Part shown: positions 8,408 to 21,941 of the stretch, one piece after another | How positions within the stretch are numbered: the first letter of the stretch is position 1 | Layout of the letters: each line of letters begins with the position of its first letter | DNA from: Candidatus Peregrinibacteria bacterium | GTDB lineage: Bacteria; Patescibacteriota; Gracilibacteria; UBA1369; LOWO2-01-FULL-3 | DNA length: 64,000 nucleotides | Assembly (NCBI GenBank): GCA_030688025.1 | Contig: JAUYJL010000023.1 | Coordinates: 2,562-66,561 of the forward strand | Direction of reading: 5' to 3' | Program-made: the position numbers and the translations under genes | The notes under the pieces: generated by a model | Told to the model about the DNA's origin: nothing | The model's input: only the letters and a program-made list of their open reading frames with translations | Databases searched by the model: none

Positions 8408-10138
8408 ATGGATAATAAAAAAATTGCTTCGATATTTGAAGAGATGGCGGATATCTTTGATATTAAAGGAGATAGTGTTTTTAAAATAAATGCTTATAGA
8501 AAGGCTGGGCATGTTATCGCGAATTTCCCATATGATTTACGCGATGTTGTTGCGAAAGATCCGAGGCAACTTGAGAATATTCCCGGTGTGGGAAAAGGAC
8601 TGAAAGATAAGATTATTGAACTCGTGAATACAGGTAAATGTGAAGAACATGATGAGCTCAGGAAAGCCATCCCGAAGGGTTTGCTTGAACTTCTTGAAAT
8701 ACGAGGAATAGGTCCGAAAAAAGTGAAGGCATTGTATTTGCATTTGAAGGTTGCAAGTATCAATGATTTGAAGGAGGCATGCGAAAAACACAAAGTTAAA
8801 GATTTGCCTGGCATGGGAGAAAAAACAGAAAATGAAATTATGAAGGCTATTTCTGAACACGCGTATTTTTCGACAAAAAGACATCTTATTTCCGAGGCGA
8901 TGCAGGAAGCGAAAAGAATTATTTCTTTTATGCAAAAATGTGACGACGTGAAAAAGATTGAATACGCGGGAAGCCTTCGCAGAAGACAAGAAACCATCGG
9001 CGATATTGACATTCTTGTTACCGTTAAAAACCCAAAAAAGAGTAGCGAAACTGTGATGACACATTTCCATTCTTATAGGGAGATTTTGACGATTTTGTCT
9101 AAGGGAGACACTAAATCAAGCGTTGTTTTGCAAAGTGGAATTCAAGTGGATTTACGCGTTATCGATGATGAGAGTTTTGGTGCAGCTTTGCATTATTTTA
9201 CCGGAAGCAAGGATCATAATATAAAAATACGCGATCTTGCAAAGAGGAAAGGGCTTAAAATAAGTGAGTATGGTGTTTTCAAAGGAGAGAAAATGATTGC
9301 CGGAAAAACAGAAGAAGAGGTTTTCAAGAGTGTCGGGCTTCCTTATATCATTCCTGAAAATCGATACAATAATGGCGAAATCGAGTATGGACTGAAAAAT
9401 AAAAAATTCCCTGAATTTATAGAACTGAAAGATATGAAAGGAGATCTTCATAATCACACTACTTATAGCGACGGAAAAGCTAGCATTGAAGAAATGGCAG
9501 AGGCGTTTATCGCGAAGGGATACGAATATTTCGCCGTCACTGATCACTCTTCAGTTATGGCAATTGTAAATGGAATGAGCACTAAAGATATCCAAAGACA
9601 GTGGAAAGAAATTGATGAATTAAACAAAAAACTTAAAGGAAAAATTAAAATTTTGAAAGGTTGTGAGGTGGATATTTTGAAAGATGGATCACTCGATTTC
9701 AATGACGATGTTTTGAAACAGCTTGATATCGTTGTTATTAGTGCGCATATGTATGGCACGCTTCCTTATGACGCACAAACAGAAAGACTTCTCACCGCAA
9801 TCGAAAATCCTTATGCGAAAATTCTTGGACATCCGACCGGACGACTCATAAACAAAAGGGCGCCGATGGAATTTGACATTGAAAAGGTGATAGAAGCTTG
9901 CGTGCAAAATAATGTAGCTATAGAGATAAATTCGAATCCGTCGCGTCTTGATTTACCGGATATATTTATCAAAATTGCGAAAGACAAAGGTGCGAAATTT
10001 GTAATAGATACGGATTCACATAGCGTAGAACAACCTGATTTTATGGAGTATGGAGTTTTCAATGCGAGGCGCGGATGGCTTACAAAAGATGACGTATTAA
10101 ATACGAAAAGTCTTGGAAAATTTGACACCTATTTTTAA
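8408..10138 (+). CDS. polX: DNA polymerase X family protein with C-terminal PHP domain
   Basis: 576 aa. The N terminus (IASIFEEMADIFDIKGDSVFKINAYRKA), the HhH motifs (IPGVGKGL, IRGIGPKK) and GSLRRRQETIGDIDILV are Pol beta-like. The C-terminal HNHTTYSDG...HPTGR...DTDSH is PHP-like. Confidence 0.9.
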   Translation: MDNKKIASIFEEMADIFDIKGDSVFKINAYRKAGHVIANFPYDLRDVVAKDPRQLENIPGVGKGLKDKIIELVNTGKCEEHDELRKAIPKGLLELLEIRGIGPKKVKALYLHLKVASINDLKEACEKHKVKDLPGMGEKTENEIMKAISEHAYFSTKRHLISEAMQEAKRIISFMQKCDDVKKIEYAGSLRRRQETIGDIDILVTVKNPKKSSETVMTHFHSYREILTILSKGDTKSSVVLQSGIQVDLRVIDDESFGAALHYFTGSKDHNIKIRDLAKRKGLKISEYGVFKGEKMIAGKTEEEVFKSVGLPYIIPENRYNNGEIEYGLKNKKFPEFIELKDMKGDLHNHTTYSDGKASIEEMAEAFIAKGYEYFAVTDHSSVMAIVNGMSTKDIQRQWKEIDELNKKLKGKIKILKGCEVDILKDGSLDFNDDVLKQLDIVVISAHMYGTLPYDAQTERLLTAIENPYAKILGHPTGRLINKRAPMEFDIEKVIEACVQNNVAIEINSNPSRLDLPDIFIKIAKDKGAKFVIDTDSHSVEQPDFMEYGVFNARRGWLTKDDVLNTKSLGKFDTYF

Positions 10139-10188
10139 CAATGTATAATTTCTTTTGTAGCCCCCCTTATTCTATAAATTTTATCAAA

Positions 10189-10605
10189 ATGAAAAAAGGT
10201 TTAGCAATTCTTCTTTCAACTGTGCTTTTATTATCATTATCAGGATGCAAACTAACAAACTTCTTTAAAAGTGAAAAAGATCGTTTTATTGGGGCTACTT
10301 CCGAGGCGCTTTGCGTGATTTTCACTTCTGAAAATCCTATGGCTCCTACTCCGGAAACATCCGATAAAGTAAAAGCTATTTATTCAAATTATGGATTTGA
10401 TGCTGAAGATCAGACGGGAATGGAAGCTATCACAAAGAATTACGAAAATGATGAAGAGGTTAAAAATGTTACAGCAAAAGCCTTACAGGAATGTTCAGGA
10501 ATTGACGTAACAAGTCCTGCACCTGCGGAGGTAAGCGCCGATGCCGCACCAACTGACGAAGCCCCTGCAGTTGAGGAAGCACCAGCAGAGCAACCAGTAA
10601 AATAA
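10189..10605 (+). CDS. Lipoprotein with Ala/Pro/Glu-rich C-terminal tail
   Basis: MKKGLAILLSTVLLLSLSGCKL (lipobox) at ATG 10189. The tail reads PAPAEVSADAAPTDEAPAVEEAPAEQPVK. Confidence 0.7.
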   Translation: MKKGLAILLSTVLLLSLSGCKLTNFFKSEKDRFIGATSEALCVIFTSENPMAPTPETSDKVKAIYSNYGFDAEDQTGMEAITKNYENDEEVKNVTAKALQECSGIDVTSPAPAEVSADAAPTDEAPAVEEAPAEQPVK

Positions 10606-11694
10606 ATGAAAATAGCTTTAGTCCATGATTTTTTGCTTAAGCTTGGAGGAGCTGAACGTGTACTTAAAGTACTTTCTGAAATGTTTCCCACGGCTCCTAT
10701 TTTTACTTTGCTTTATGACGAGAAAAAAGTCGGGCATGTTTTTCCAAAGGAAAGAGTCCGTACTTCTTTTTTGCAGAATTATCCAAGTTTTATAAGAAAG
10801 AATTATCGGCTGTTGACTCACAAAATCCCACGTGCGATTGAAGAGCTGAATTTCGAGGGATTTGACTTTGTTATCAGTTCTAGCGGGGCTTATTCTCATG
10901 GAATTATTACGCCTCTTGAAACAAAACATATTTGCTACTGTCACTCCCCTATGCGTTATGCGTGGGATTATTCGAATGAATACCGAGAAGAAAATAATAT
11001 AAAAGGGTTTAAGGCTTTTCTTTATGCGCCTTTGATAAAATATTTACGCGAATGGGATTCTATTGCGGCAGATAGGCCAACAAAATATCTTTCAAATTCA
11101 AGACATGTACAAAAACGTATTAGCAAATATTATAAAATGGATAGCGATATTGTTTATCCGCCTGTTGATACTGAAAAATTTCGAGCCAAGGAGGAAAATT
11201 CTAATTATTTCTTGATTGTTTCCACATTAACTCCGTACAAAAAAATTGATCTAGCTGTGCAACTTTTCAATAAGATAGGCCGAAAACTTATTGTTATTGG
11301 AGATGGCCCGCAGAGAGAATATCTCGAAAGTATTGCCGGTGATAGTATCGATTTTCTTGGATTTAAAGATGATGAAACAGTGAAAGAATATATGGAAAAT
11401 TGTCGCGCACTTATATTCCCTGGGGAAGAAGATTTTGGAATCACTCCTGTCGAAGCGATGGCTTGTGGAAAGCCTGTTTTGGCTTATGGGAAAGGCGGAG
11501 TCACTGAAAGTGTTGTCTCGGGAAAGACCGGAGAATTCTTTTTTGAACAAACTGTTGAGTCCATGGAAGATGGACTCGCAAGGCTTATGTATAACGAAAA
11601 GTTCTATTTGCCACATACTATTCGCCGACATGCGCAAATTTTTTCAAGAGAAATATTCGAAAAAAAGATTAAACACGCTCTAAGAATGTGCTAG
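10606..11694 (+). CDS. Glycosyltransferase family 4
   Basis: MKIALVHDFLLKLGGAERVL N terminus and the C-terminal FPGEEDFGITPVEAMACGKPVLAYGKGG motif. Confidence 0.85.
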   Translation: MKIALVHDFLLKLGGAERVLKVLSEMFPTAPIFTLLYDEKKVGHVFPKERVRTSFLQNYPSFIRKNYRLLTHKIPRAIEELNFEGFDFVISSSGAYSHGIITPLETKHICYCHSPMRYAWDYSNEYREENNIKGFKAFLYAPLIKYLREWDSIAADRPTKYLSNSRHVQKRISKYYKMDSDIVYPPVDTEKFRAKEENSNYFLIVSTLTPYKKIDLAVQLFNKIGRKLIVIGDGPQREYLESIAGDSIDFLGFKDDETVKEYMENCRALIFPGEEDFGITPVEAMACGKPVLAYGKGGVTESVVSGKTGEFFFEQTVESMEDGLARLMYNEKFYLPHTIRRHAQIFSREIFEKKIKHALRMC

Positions 11695-11695
11695 T

Positions 11696-15354
<3,659 letters not shown>

Positions 15355-15376
15355 TTAGAGATTAATTCAATAAAAA

Positions 15377-15751
15377 ATGGATTCACAAACAAATAATCAA
15401 ATAGATCCCGAGACACAAAAGGTACTTAATACCCCTTTGGCCGCACCTGCGGGAAATGATCCGAAAGATGAGGAATTCTTGAATATCGTGCTTGATCTGA
15501 TTTCAAAAGGCACAATTGACCTTTATAAACCTGAAACTTTGATCAATCATGCCGTTTATGATCAACTTCCTGTAGACAAAAAGGGGAAAGCGGATATTGA
15601 AGCATTTAATATTCTCTCAAAAATTAGAGACATAAAAGGGCTTAATGATGCGGGTTTTGCGGGGACTTTCCAGATGCAAAATCTTGTTCATAGCGTAAGG
15701 GACATAAAAGAAAGGCTTGAAATAGAGGGGGGGGATGTATTTATAATCTAG
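15377..15751 (+). CDS. Hypothetical protein (124 aa)
   Basis: ORF track. It is compact, with a 3-nt gap to the next gene. No recognisable motif. Confidence 0.6.
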   Translation: MDSQTNNQIDPETQKVLNTPLAAPAGNDPKDEEFLNIVLDLISKGTIDLYKPETLINHAVYDQLPVDKKGKADIEAFNILSKIRDIKGLNDAGFAGTFQMQNLVHSVRDIKERLEIEGGDVFII

Positions 15752-15754
15752 TAT

Positions 15755-16183
15755 ATGTCACAAGTTTCACAACAAATAGTAGTCGATAAGAATAAAACTG
15801 CCGAGCAATATCTTGTTGAGGCGGAGTCGTTTTATATTGTTCCAAAACTTATTAGAGAAAAATTTCCGGATCTTATAAAGCTTATTTTCGAGACAGAATC
15901 TATGAATACTGAAGAACGCGAATATTGGCTTCAAATCATGCCTATTATGTCTGAAGAGCAAATAACCAAATTCCAAGGCATTCTTTTGAATGAAAAGAAT
16001 CAACTGGCAAAACTTGATCAGGAATATGCTACAGAAACTGAGTCAGCTCCTGCGCAAGCTCCTCAACTTGATGAAGTAAAAATGAAAGAGAAATTGGCTA
16101 ATCTAAGGGAAAAAGAAATCCTAAGCCAAGCGGGAGAGCAGAAAGAAGAGGAAGAATTGCTCAAACATCTTCAAAATTTATAA
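15755..16183 (+). CDS. Hypothetical protein (142 aa, acidic C terminus)
   Basis: ORF track. Likely co-transcribed with 15377..15751. Confidence 0.6.
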   Translation: MSQVSQQIVVDKNKTAEQYLVEAESFYIVPKLIREKFPDLIKLIFETESMNTEEREYWLQIMPIMSEEQITKFQGILLNEKNQLAKLDQEYATETESAPAQAPQLDEVKMKEKLANLREKEILSQAGEQKEEEELLKHLQNL

Positions 16184-16185
16184 GT

Positions 16186-17046
16186 TTATCTTTTTATTTT
16201 CCCATCGTTTGATTGGCCAACATCTTCGACTGGCTTTGCTCTGACGACAAGTCTTTTTAGATTTGTTCCAACCGGAGTACATGTTATCAGAGTCAATGTA
16301 CTGTCAGGAGTTTGTTTCAAGATAGATATGTCGCTCGGAAGAACGATCTTTATTTCGGTTACTTCATATATATATTTTTTGCCTTCCCAATACATGACTA
16401 TTTTGTCGCCTTCCACAACATTATGCAAAAGTGCAAAAACATCTTTAAATCTGCCTGAATCCCATGGGAAATACGAACTGTGTCCAGTAATTGCCATGTT
16501 TCCCAATTCTCCCGGTACACTTGTTCCAGGGTAGTGAACAACTCCTCCTTGCAAAGCATTTTGCATTTCTCTCTCAAGAGCACTCCAATCTCGTCTTATA
16601 AGGGTTTCACTGCTAATTCTGACAACCGGAAGATTTTGATCTATTCGAGGGATTATAAGCCTGTTGTCACTTGGGGCTATTTCTATGTTTAAAGCTGGGA
16701 TATTTTGTGTATTTAGAGTATTTGCCTGCGCTATCTTGGCTGTGTCCGTCGGTTTTGGCGTTTTAGGTGTTTCTATAAGTTTGTTTAAAGGGCTTTCCAC
16801 GTGCGTGCCGGTAAGAGTTTTGAACTCATCTTTCACTATTTCATAGTATGCAGACCAGTTGAGAGCTAAAACACCTATTCCCAAGATAACTGCGCTGGCT
16901 ATAATCTGTCTGGCCCCATCTTTCAATATAGTTTTAAATGTTCTTTGTTCCTCCACCGGAGCTTCTTTTTGAGGAAGAGGCTCATGCGGAATTTGTTCGT
17001 GAGGAAGCTCGTGTGGGTTTATATGTATCTTGAAATATTCTGTCAT
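16186..17046 (-). CDS. Sortase family transpeptidase (membrane anchored)
   Basis: Catalytic motifs ITGHSSY (His) and TLTLITCTP (TLxTC Cys), with an N-terminal TM segment (IIASAVILGIGVLALNW). I use the start at MTEYFK (ATG at 17046). The listed 453-aa ORF extends antisense into the rel gene and is not credible upstream of this. Confidence 0.85.
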   Translation of the reverse strand: MTEYFKIHINPHELPHEQIPHEPLPQKEAPVEEQRTFKTILKDGARQIIASAVILGIGVLALNWSAYYEIVKDEFKTLTGTHVESPLNKLIETPKTPKPTDTAKIAQANTLNTQNIPALNIEIAPSDNRLIIPRIDQNLPVVRISSETLIRRDWSALEREMQNALQGGVVHYPGTSVPGELGNMAITGHSSYFPWDSGRFKDVFALLHNVVEGDKIVMYWEGKKYIYEVTEIKIVLPSDISILKQTPDSTLTLITCTPVGTNLKRLVVRAKPVEDVGQSNDGKIKR

Positions 17047-17187
17047 TTGTTTTTGTTTTTGTTTGAATCTATATATATTACTCTTTTTTAAGCCATTTTT
17101 CAATCTCCATATGAATAAAAAAGTTGACGGAATGATGGTTTTGTGACATGCTTTTTTTATCTTTTCGGACGCTAATTTAACGTTTTT

Positions 17188-19488
17188 ATGGTGAAAAAAG
17201 ATTACAGCAAGTATTTTGATCTTAATTCGTTGATAAAAAGTATAAAAAAATACCTTCCGGATTTTGATGACAAAAAGTTCCGAAAAGCCTTTGAGTTCGC
17301 TGAAAATGCGCATTTTGGGCAACTTAGAAAAGATAATGAAACTCCATATATCGTGCATCCTGTGACGGTTGTCTCTATTTTGACGGAAATACATGCGGGA
17401 CAAGACGTGCTTATAAGCGCGCTTCTTCACGATGTGCCTGAGGACACAAGCCACGATATCCATGAGATAAAGAAACTTTTCGGTGAGAAAGTTGCATTTC
17501 TCGTGGACGGCATTACGAAATTGGCTAAGGTCCATTACCAAAGCCACATGGCGGAGAGAGAGGTCGAGTCACTAAAAAAACTTCTGCTTCATAGCATCAA
17601 AGACCCCCGAGTAATTCTAATCAAACTTGCAGATAGGCTCCACAATATGAGGACTCTTCACTTCATCGATAAACCCGAAAAGCGCTTGAGGATTTCAAAA
17701 GAAACTCTTGAGGTTTATGTTCCAATTGCAAATCTGATAGGAATTCAGGCTTTTAAGTCTGAACTTGAGAATTTGTGTTTTAAATATATTTTTCCAGCTG
17801 AATATGAAAAATTGAGGAAGAGAACTGAAGAAAATGTTGTGAGGCATAAAGATTCTGTTTGTGAGTTTGTAAAAGAGCTTTCTTCAAAGCTGAGGGGAGC
17901 AAAGATTAAAGCTGAAATCCTCGAAAAAGAGAAGAATTCATACAACATATACAAAAAAATTAAACTTGAAGGTAAGACCATAGATGAAATAAAAGATAGA
18001 ATTGCGATAAAAATTGTTGTTGAGGATGTATCTTCTTGCTATCAATCACTTGGAATTATCCATGGACTATATGTTCCAAAAGTCGGAAGATTCAAGGATT
18101 ACATCGCCAGTCCTAAAATGAATGGCTATCAGAGCCTTCATACTACGGTTTTTGGAATTGATGGGATTCTTACGGAGATACAAATACGAACTACCGATAT
18201 GCAAAAACAGGCTAATTATGGACTTATTCCTTCACTTTTAAACAAGAGGAATAAGGAGAATGCTTTTTCTTCTTGGATAAGCGATGTTCTTGAATCGGAC
18301 AATGAACTTTACGGTAGTGAAAATTTTCTTGAACAATTAAAATCCGATGTATTTCAGGATAAAATATTTGTTTTTACCCCGATGGGAAAACGCATCGATT
18401 TGCCAAGTGAAGCATCTGTAATAGATTTTGCTTATGCCGTATCCGATGATTTTGGGAATCATGCTTGCAAAGCTGAAATCAATGGACATATTTACCCTAT
18501 TCTTACGAAATTAAAAACTGGTGATATTGTGGAAATAATAACTTCCGAGAATTCAACTCCTGAAATTTCCTGGCTTTCTTTTACAAAAACAAATCTTGCG
18601 AAATCGAAAATAAGGGAATATCTGGGGGAAATCGCCGATGTATCGAAATTAAAAGAGGGGAAAAAAATACTTCAACAAGAGTTTGATATCGCCGGACTTG
18701 GTCTTATTACGAGTTTTAATTTTAAGAAATTGAAAGGTGGAATTAATTCATATCTTCATAAAGATTTTAATAGTATGCAAAGTGTTTTTATCGCTATCGG
18801 AGAGGGAAATTTGAAGACTATTGATGTCGTAAAATCATTAACGAAGAAAGAGAGTGAGGGAATGAAGGTAACACTAAGAATTGTCGCAAAGAATAGATTT
18901 GGGCTTCTTAGAGACATTTCTGACATCTTGTATAAATATTCTTCGGACATGACTTACCTAAAAGGGTATGGCTCGAATAAACAAGATGAGGCCTATTTTA
19001 GTGTTAAAATAATGGTTGACGGCATAGAGGATCTTGAAAATATTTTCCATGAACTCGAAAAAATGGATGGGTTTAAATATGTGCATAGAGTTTCTTATGT
19101 TGGTATTTATTTTACTTATGCTTTTGCTATTTTTACGATTGTTTTATGGATAATTCATCCTGTCCTTATTTATTTTATAGATGAAATTCCGTTCGCAAAA
19201 AATTCCACTGTTATCTTTAATGCGATTTTGGATGCCGGACTGCTTATTTTATTTTTATGTGTTTTCTATTTAACAAATATCACAAAAAAATATTTCCCTC
19301 TCGTCAGGAATAAGAGAACATTTTTGATTTTCTCTATGGGTGTCCCGATTATTGCCTCTGTACTGCTTTTATTTGAGCTATTTTATTTTGACCTGAAGTT
19401 GAGCTGGACGACTTTGATAATAGAGATAGCCATGATTTATGCCTATCTTGGATTCAGTTTCGTCAATTTTAAAAAATATCTTAGTTAG
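17188..19488 (+). CDS. RelA/SpoT homolog ((p)ppGpp synthetase/hydrolase) with extra C-terminal membrane domain
   Basis: Domains in order: HD (HPVTVVSIL..LLHDVPEDT), synthetase (RFKDYIASPKMNGYQSLHTTV), TGS (VFTPMGKRIDLP...GDIVEIITS), ACT-like (LRIVAKNRFGLLRDISD). The last ~140 aa contain about four hydrophobic helices. Confidence 0.9.
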   Translation: MVKKDYSKYFDLNSLIKSIKKYLPDFDDKKFRKAFEFAENAHFGQLRKDNETPYIVHPVTVVSILTEIHAGQDVLISALLHDVPEDTSHDIHEIKKLFGEKVAFLVDGITKLAKVHYQSHMAEREVESLKKLLLHSIKDPRVILIKLADRLHNMRTLHFIDKPEKRLRISKETLEVYVPIANLIGIQAFKSELENLCFKYIFPAEYEKLRKRTEENVVRHKDSVCEFVKELSSKLRGAKIKAEILEKEKNSYNIYKKIKLEGKTIDEIKDRIAIKIVVEDVSSCYQSLGIIHGLYVPKVGRFKDYIASPKMNGYQSLHTTVFGIDGILTEIQIRTTDMQKQANYGLIPSLLNKRNKENAFSSWISDVLESDNELYGSENFLEQLKSDVFQDKIFVFTPMGKRIDLPSEASVIDFAYAVSDDFGNHACKAEINGHIYPILTKLKTGDIVEIITSENSTPEISWLSFTKTNLAKSKIREYLGEIADVSKLKEGKKILQQEFDIAGLGLITSFNFKKLKGGINSYLHKDFNSMQSVFIAIGEGNLKTIDVVKSLTKKESEGMKVTLRIVAKNRFGLLRDISDILYKYSSDMTYLKGYGSNKQDEAYFSVKIMVDGIEDLENIFHELEKMDGFKYVHRVSYVGIYFTYAFAIFTIVLWIIHPVLIYFIDEIPFAKNSTVIFNAILDAGLLILFLCVFYLTNITKKYFPLVRNKRTFLIFSMGVPIIASVLLLFELFYFDLKLSWTTLIIEIAMIYAYLGFSFVNFKKYLS

Positions 19489-20575
19489 CGAATCTGAAAT
19501 GCACACTGTCTCCGTCTTGCATTACATATTCCTTCCCTTCTATTCTTAAAAGTCCTAATTCTTTCGCTCTTACTTCGCTTCCTGCCTCCAAAAGTTTTTG
19601 CCAATTTATTATTTCCGCTTTTATAAAGCCTTTTTCAAAATCGGTGTGAATTACTCCGGCCGCTTGAGGGGCAAAAATACCTTTTTTAATTGTCCATGCG
19701 TGCGATTCTTTTGGGCCTGTCGTGAAGTATGTTATAAGGCCGAGCGTTTCATATGCTGTGCGAATCAATGCGTTTAAACCCGTTTCTTTCAAGCCAAGCT
19801 CTTTTAAATATTCATATGCTTCTTCTTCATTTAGATCTCCGAGCTCTTCTTCGATTTTTGCACAAACCGGAATAATTTTATTTTCATCTTTTACGTCTAA
19901 TATTTCTGCAAACTTTTTTCTGTCTGCATTCTTTATCTCTTCTTCGCTAAGATTTATTATGTAGAAATTTGGTTTCATGGTCAGCAAATGCAAATCTTTT
20001 ATTTGTTCTTTTTCGTCGTCTGTTAAATCTATGTCTACAGCCATAGTTCCTTTTTGCAAATTCTCTAAAACTTTGTTCACCAACTGCGCATATATTTTTT
20101 TCTCTTTGTCTCCTGATTTTGAGTCTGAAATCGCTTTACCCAAGCGCTTTTCGGCGGTCTGCATGTCGGCGACCAGGAGTTCCGACTCGATAACTTCTTT
20201 GTCTATTTTTGGATCAACAGTTCCGTGAACATGGATAACATTTGAATCACTGAAAACTCTAACTATGTGCGCGATTGCACTACATTCTCTGATGTGTGAA
20301 AGGAATTTATTCCCGAGGCCTTCTCCTGCACTTGCGCCTTTCACAAGCCCTGCAATGTCCACGAATTCTATAGTCGCAGAGATTGTTTTTTCTGATTTTG
20401 AAAATTCCGACAATTTTTTAAGTCTAAAATCCGGAACTTCAACTATTCCTATATTCGGATCGATTGTGCAAAAGGGATAATTTGCCGCCATAGCGCATTT
20501 TGTCCTTGTTAGTGCGTTAAACAGTGTTGATTTTCCTACGTTTGGTAATCCTACAATTCCTATTTTTAGAGACAT
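19481..20575 (-). CDS. ychF: Redox-regulated ATPase YchF
   Basis: MSLKIGIVGLPNVGKSTLFNALT, with the typical 364-aa length and a C-terminal TGS-like domain. Confidence 0.95.
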   Translation of the reverse strand: MSLKIGIVGLPNVGKSTLFNALTRTKCAMAANYPFCTIDPNIGIVEVPDFRLKKLSEFSKSEKTISATIEFVDIAGLVKGASAGEGLGNKFLSHIRECSAIAHIVRVFSDSNVIHVHGTVDPKIDKEVIESELLVADMQTAEKRLGKAISDSKSGDKEKKIYAQLVNKVLENLQKGTMAVDIDLTDDEKEQIKDLHLLTMKPNFYIINLSEEEIKNADRKKFAEILDVKDENKIIPVCAKIEEELGDLNEEEAYEYLKELGLKETGLNALIRTAYETLGLITYFTTGPKESHAWTIKKGIFAPQAAGVIHTDFEKGFIKAEIINWQKLLEAGSEVRAKELGLLRIEGKEYVMQDGDSVHFRFAN

Positions 20576-21189
20576 TTTTTGAGTTCTTTAACTGTTAATT
20601 GGCCTTCCGCTGTAATATCTTTTTTATTCAGCGGTGCGTACATTAAATAATTTCCGAGTAAATGTCCAGCAGTGCGCGAGAATTTGCCTTTCTCTCCCAT
20701 GCAGATACATATCGCTTTTTCTCCTTTTTCTGTGAGATCTGACAAGATTTTTAAAACTCTAAGATTGTCAGAAAAGTCATTTGCGAAGGTGGCCAGCTTA
20801 AAAATATCCGCGTTTTTTGTCTTCATTTTTGCAATTATTTCCCGAAGGTCTGCGTCTTTTGGCGTTTTCTTGAAATCGTGGAAGGAAATTATTATTTTAG
20901 TTTTTGGGCTGATTTTCCTTATTTCTCGAATTATTGATTGTTCCGTTTTTATATCAACATCTATGTATTCTATCTTTTTTCCAAGGACTATTGCTAGATT
21001 ATCGCGATTCCCCTGCCATTTATATATAATTGGGTTTTTCTTATTTTTCATTATTTCCTCCATGTCTTTTGCGGAAAAATTCGAAATCTCATCGAACCAT
21101 ATTTCGCTTATGTCCGCCACTTTTTGAGCAGAGACCATTATTTTGGTGGCTTTTTTACTGCTATTTTGTCTTATCGGCACGCAAATCAT
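20566..21189 (-). CDS. aroD: Type I 3-dehydroquinate dehydratase
   Basis: MICVPI start, ...DIFKLATFAND..., ICICMGEKGKFSRTAG. The 3' end overlaps ychF by 10 nt. The track ORF begins at an upstream TTG (21225). Confidence 0.8.
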   Translation of the reverse strand: MICVPIRQNSSKKATKIMVSAQKVADISEIWFDEISNFSAKDMEEIMKNKKNPIIYKWQGNRDNLAIVLGKKIEYIDVDIKTEQSIIREIRKISPKTKIIISFHDFKKTPKDADLREIIAKMKTKNADIFKLATFANDFSDNLRVLKILSDLTEKGEKAICICMGEKGKFSRTAGHLLGNYLMYAPLNKKDITAEGQLTVKELKKCL

Positions 21190-21235
21190 GGCTCTATTAA
21201 AACCATTTCCTCGCCTCTTTGTCAACTTTAACTCT

Positions 21236-21263
21236 TTTACATTTTTTGGGTTATACGTATAAT
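21236..21263 (+). promoter_or_regulatory. Putative sigma-70 type promoter for the small lipoprotein gene
   Basis: TTTACA (21236-21241), a 16-nt spacer, then TATAAT (21258-21263), about 50 nt upstream of ATG 21315. Confidence 0.35.
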
Positions 21264-21314
21264 TTGTCGCGTTGTGACTATGTCACTCACAAATATATTA
21301 ATTTTTTAACCTAG

Positions 21315-21509
21315 ATGGCTATGAAGAAGATTGTACTATCTCTAGCTTTGGTTGCTATGCTTTCTGGATGTGCTGCTACAACAGCTCCAGTTGCAGAAGA
21401 AACAGCAGCTCCAGCAACAACTGTTGTTGAACCAGAGAAAGCTGTAGAACCTACAGCTGAAGAAGCTGTAGAAACTCCAGCTGAAGAAGCTGTAGAAGTT
21501 GCTAAGTAA
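21315..21509 (+). CDS. Small lipoprotein, Ala/Glu/Pro/Thr-rich (64 aa)
   Basis: MAMKKIVLSLALVAMLSGCAATT (lipobox), followed by a strong terminator. Confidence 0.65.
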   Translation: MAMKKIVLSLALVAMLSGCAATTAPVAEETAAPATTVVEPEKAVEPTAEEAVETPAEEAVEVAK

Positions 21510-21525
21510 TTATAAAATTACTTTC

Positions 21526-21562
21526 AAAAAAAAAGAGCCCCGCAATGCGGGGTTCTTTTTTT
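21526..21562. terminator. Bidirectional Rho-independent terminator
   Basis: A 9-bp stem gagccccgc/gcggggttc with loop aat is flanked by an A run upstream and a T run downstream. It sits between two convergent genes. Confidence 0.8.
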
Positions 21563-21569
21563 GTTTGCC

Positions 21570-21941
21570 TTAAAATAAAACTTCTTCTTTTATTCCAACC
21601 TCCTTTCTTTCCCTTACAGACTTGTGCTTTCGCTCTCTTCTCATTAAAGCGATATGTTTCTTTATCTGAGAAACCAACCTGTCTTTTGCAAGATCCACCG
21701 CTTTCGTTATCATGTGGCTGGCTTCTTTTGCGACAACTTGTTTTGTCGGCATTATTACCGCCAATTCCACCTCATAAGCGTCATGCTTCTCGAATTTCTC
21801 GATGTTTGCTCTCATGAGCGTAGCATTCTCCGGAAACGTCTTCAGAAGATTTTCTATCATCTCCCGTTTTGTTTCCACATATTCAGCGAAAGAGCCTTCT
21901 TCGGCCTTCGTGAGGTTCTTGTGAAAGAAAGTTATTTCCAT
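21570..21941 (-). CDS. hpf: Ribosome hibernation promoting factor / RaiA family
   Basis: 123 aa. MEITFFHKNLTKAEE...YVETK...ANIEKFEKHDAYEVELAVIMPTKQVVAKEAS..ITKAVDLAKDRL matches the short HPF/YfiA pattern. Confidence 0.8.
   Translation of the reverse strand: MEITFFHKNLTKAEEGSFAEYVETKREMIENLLKTFPENATLMRANIEKFEKHDAYEVELAVIMPTKQVVAKEASHMITKAVDLAKDRLVSQIKKHIALMRRERKHKSVRERKEVGIKEEVLF

Noticed and set aside
17047-17547. N-terminal 167 codons of the listed 453-aa sortase ORF
   Set aside because: This part is antisense to the well-supported rel gene, is Lys/Phe/Ile-rich low complexity, and lies upstream of a good ATG followed by the expected cytoplasmic tail and TM helix of a sortase.
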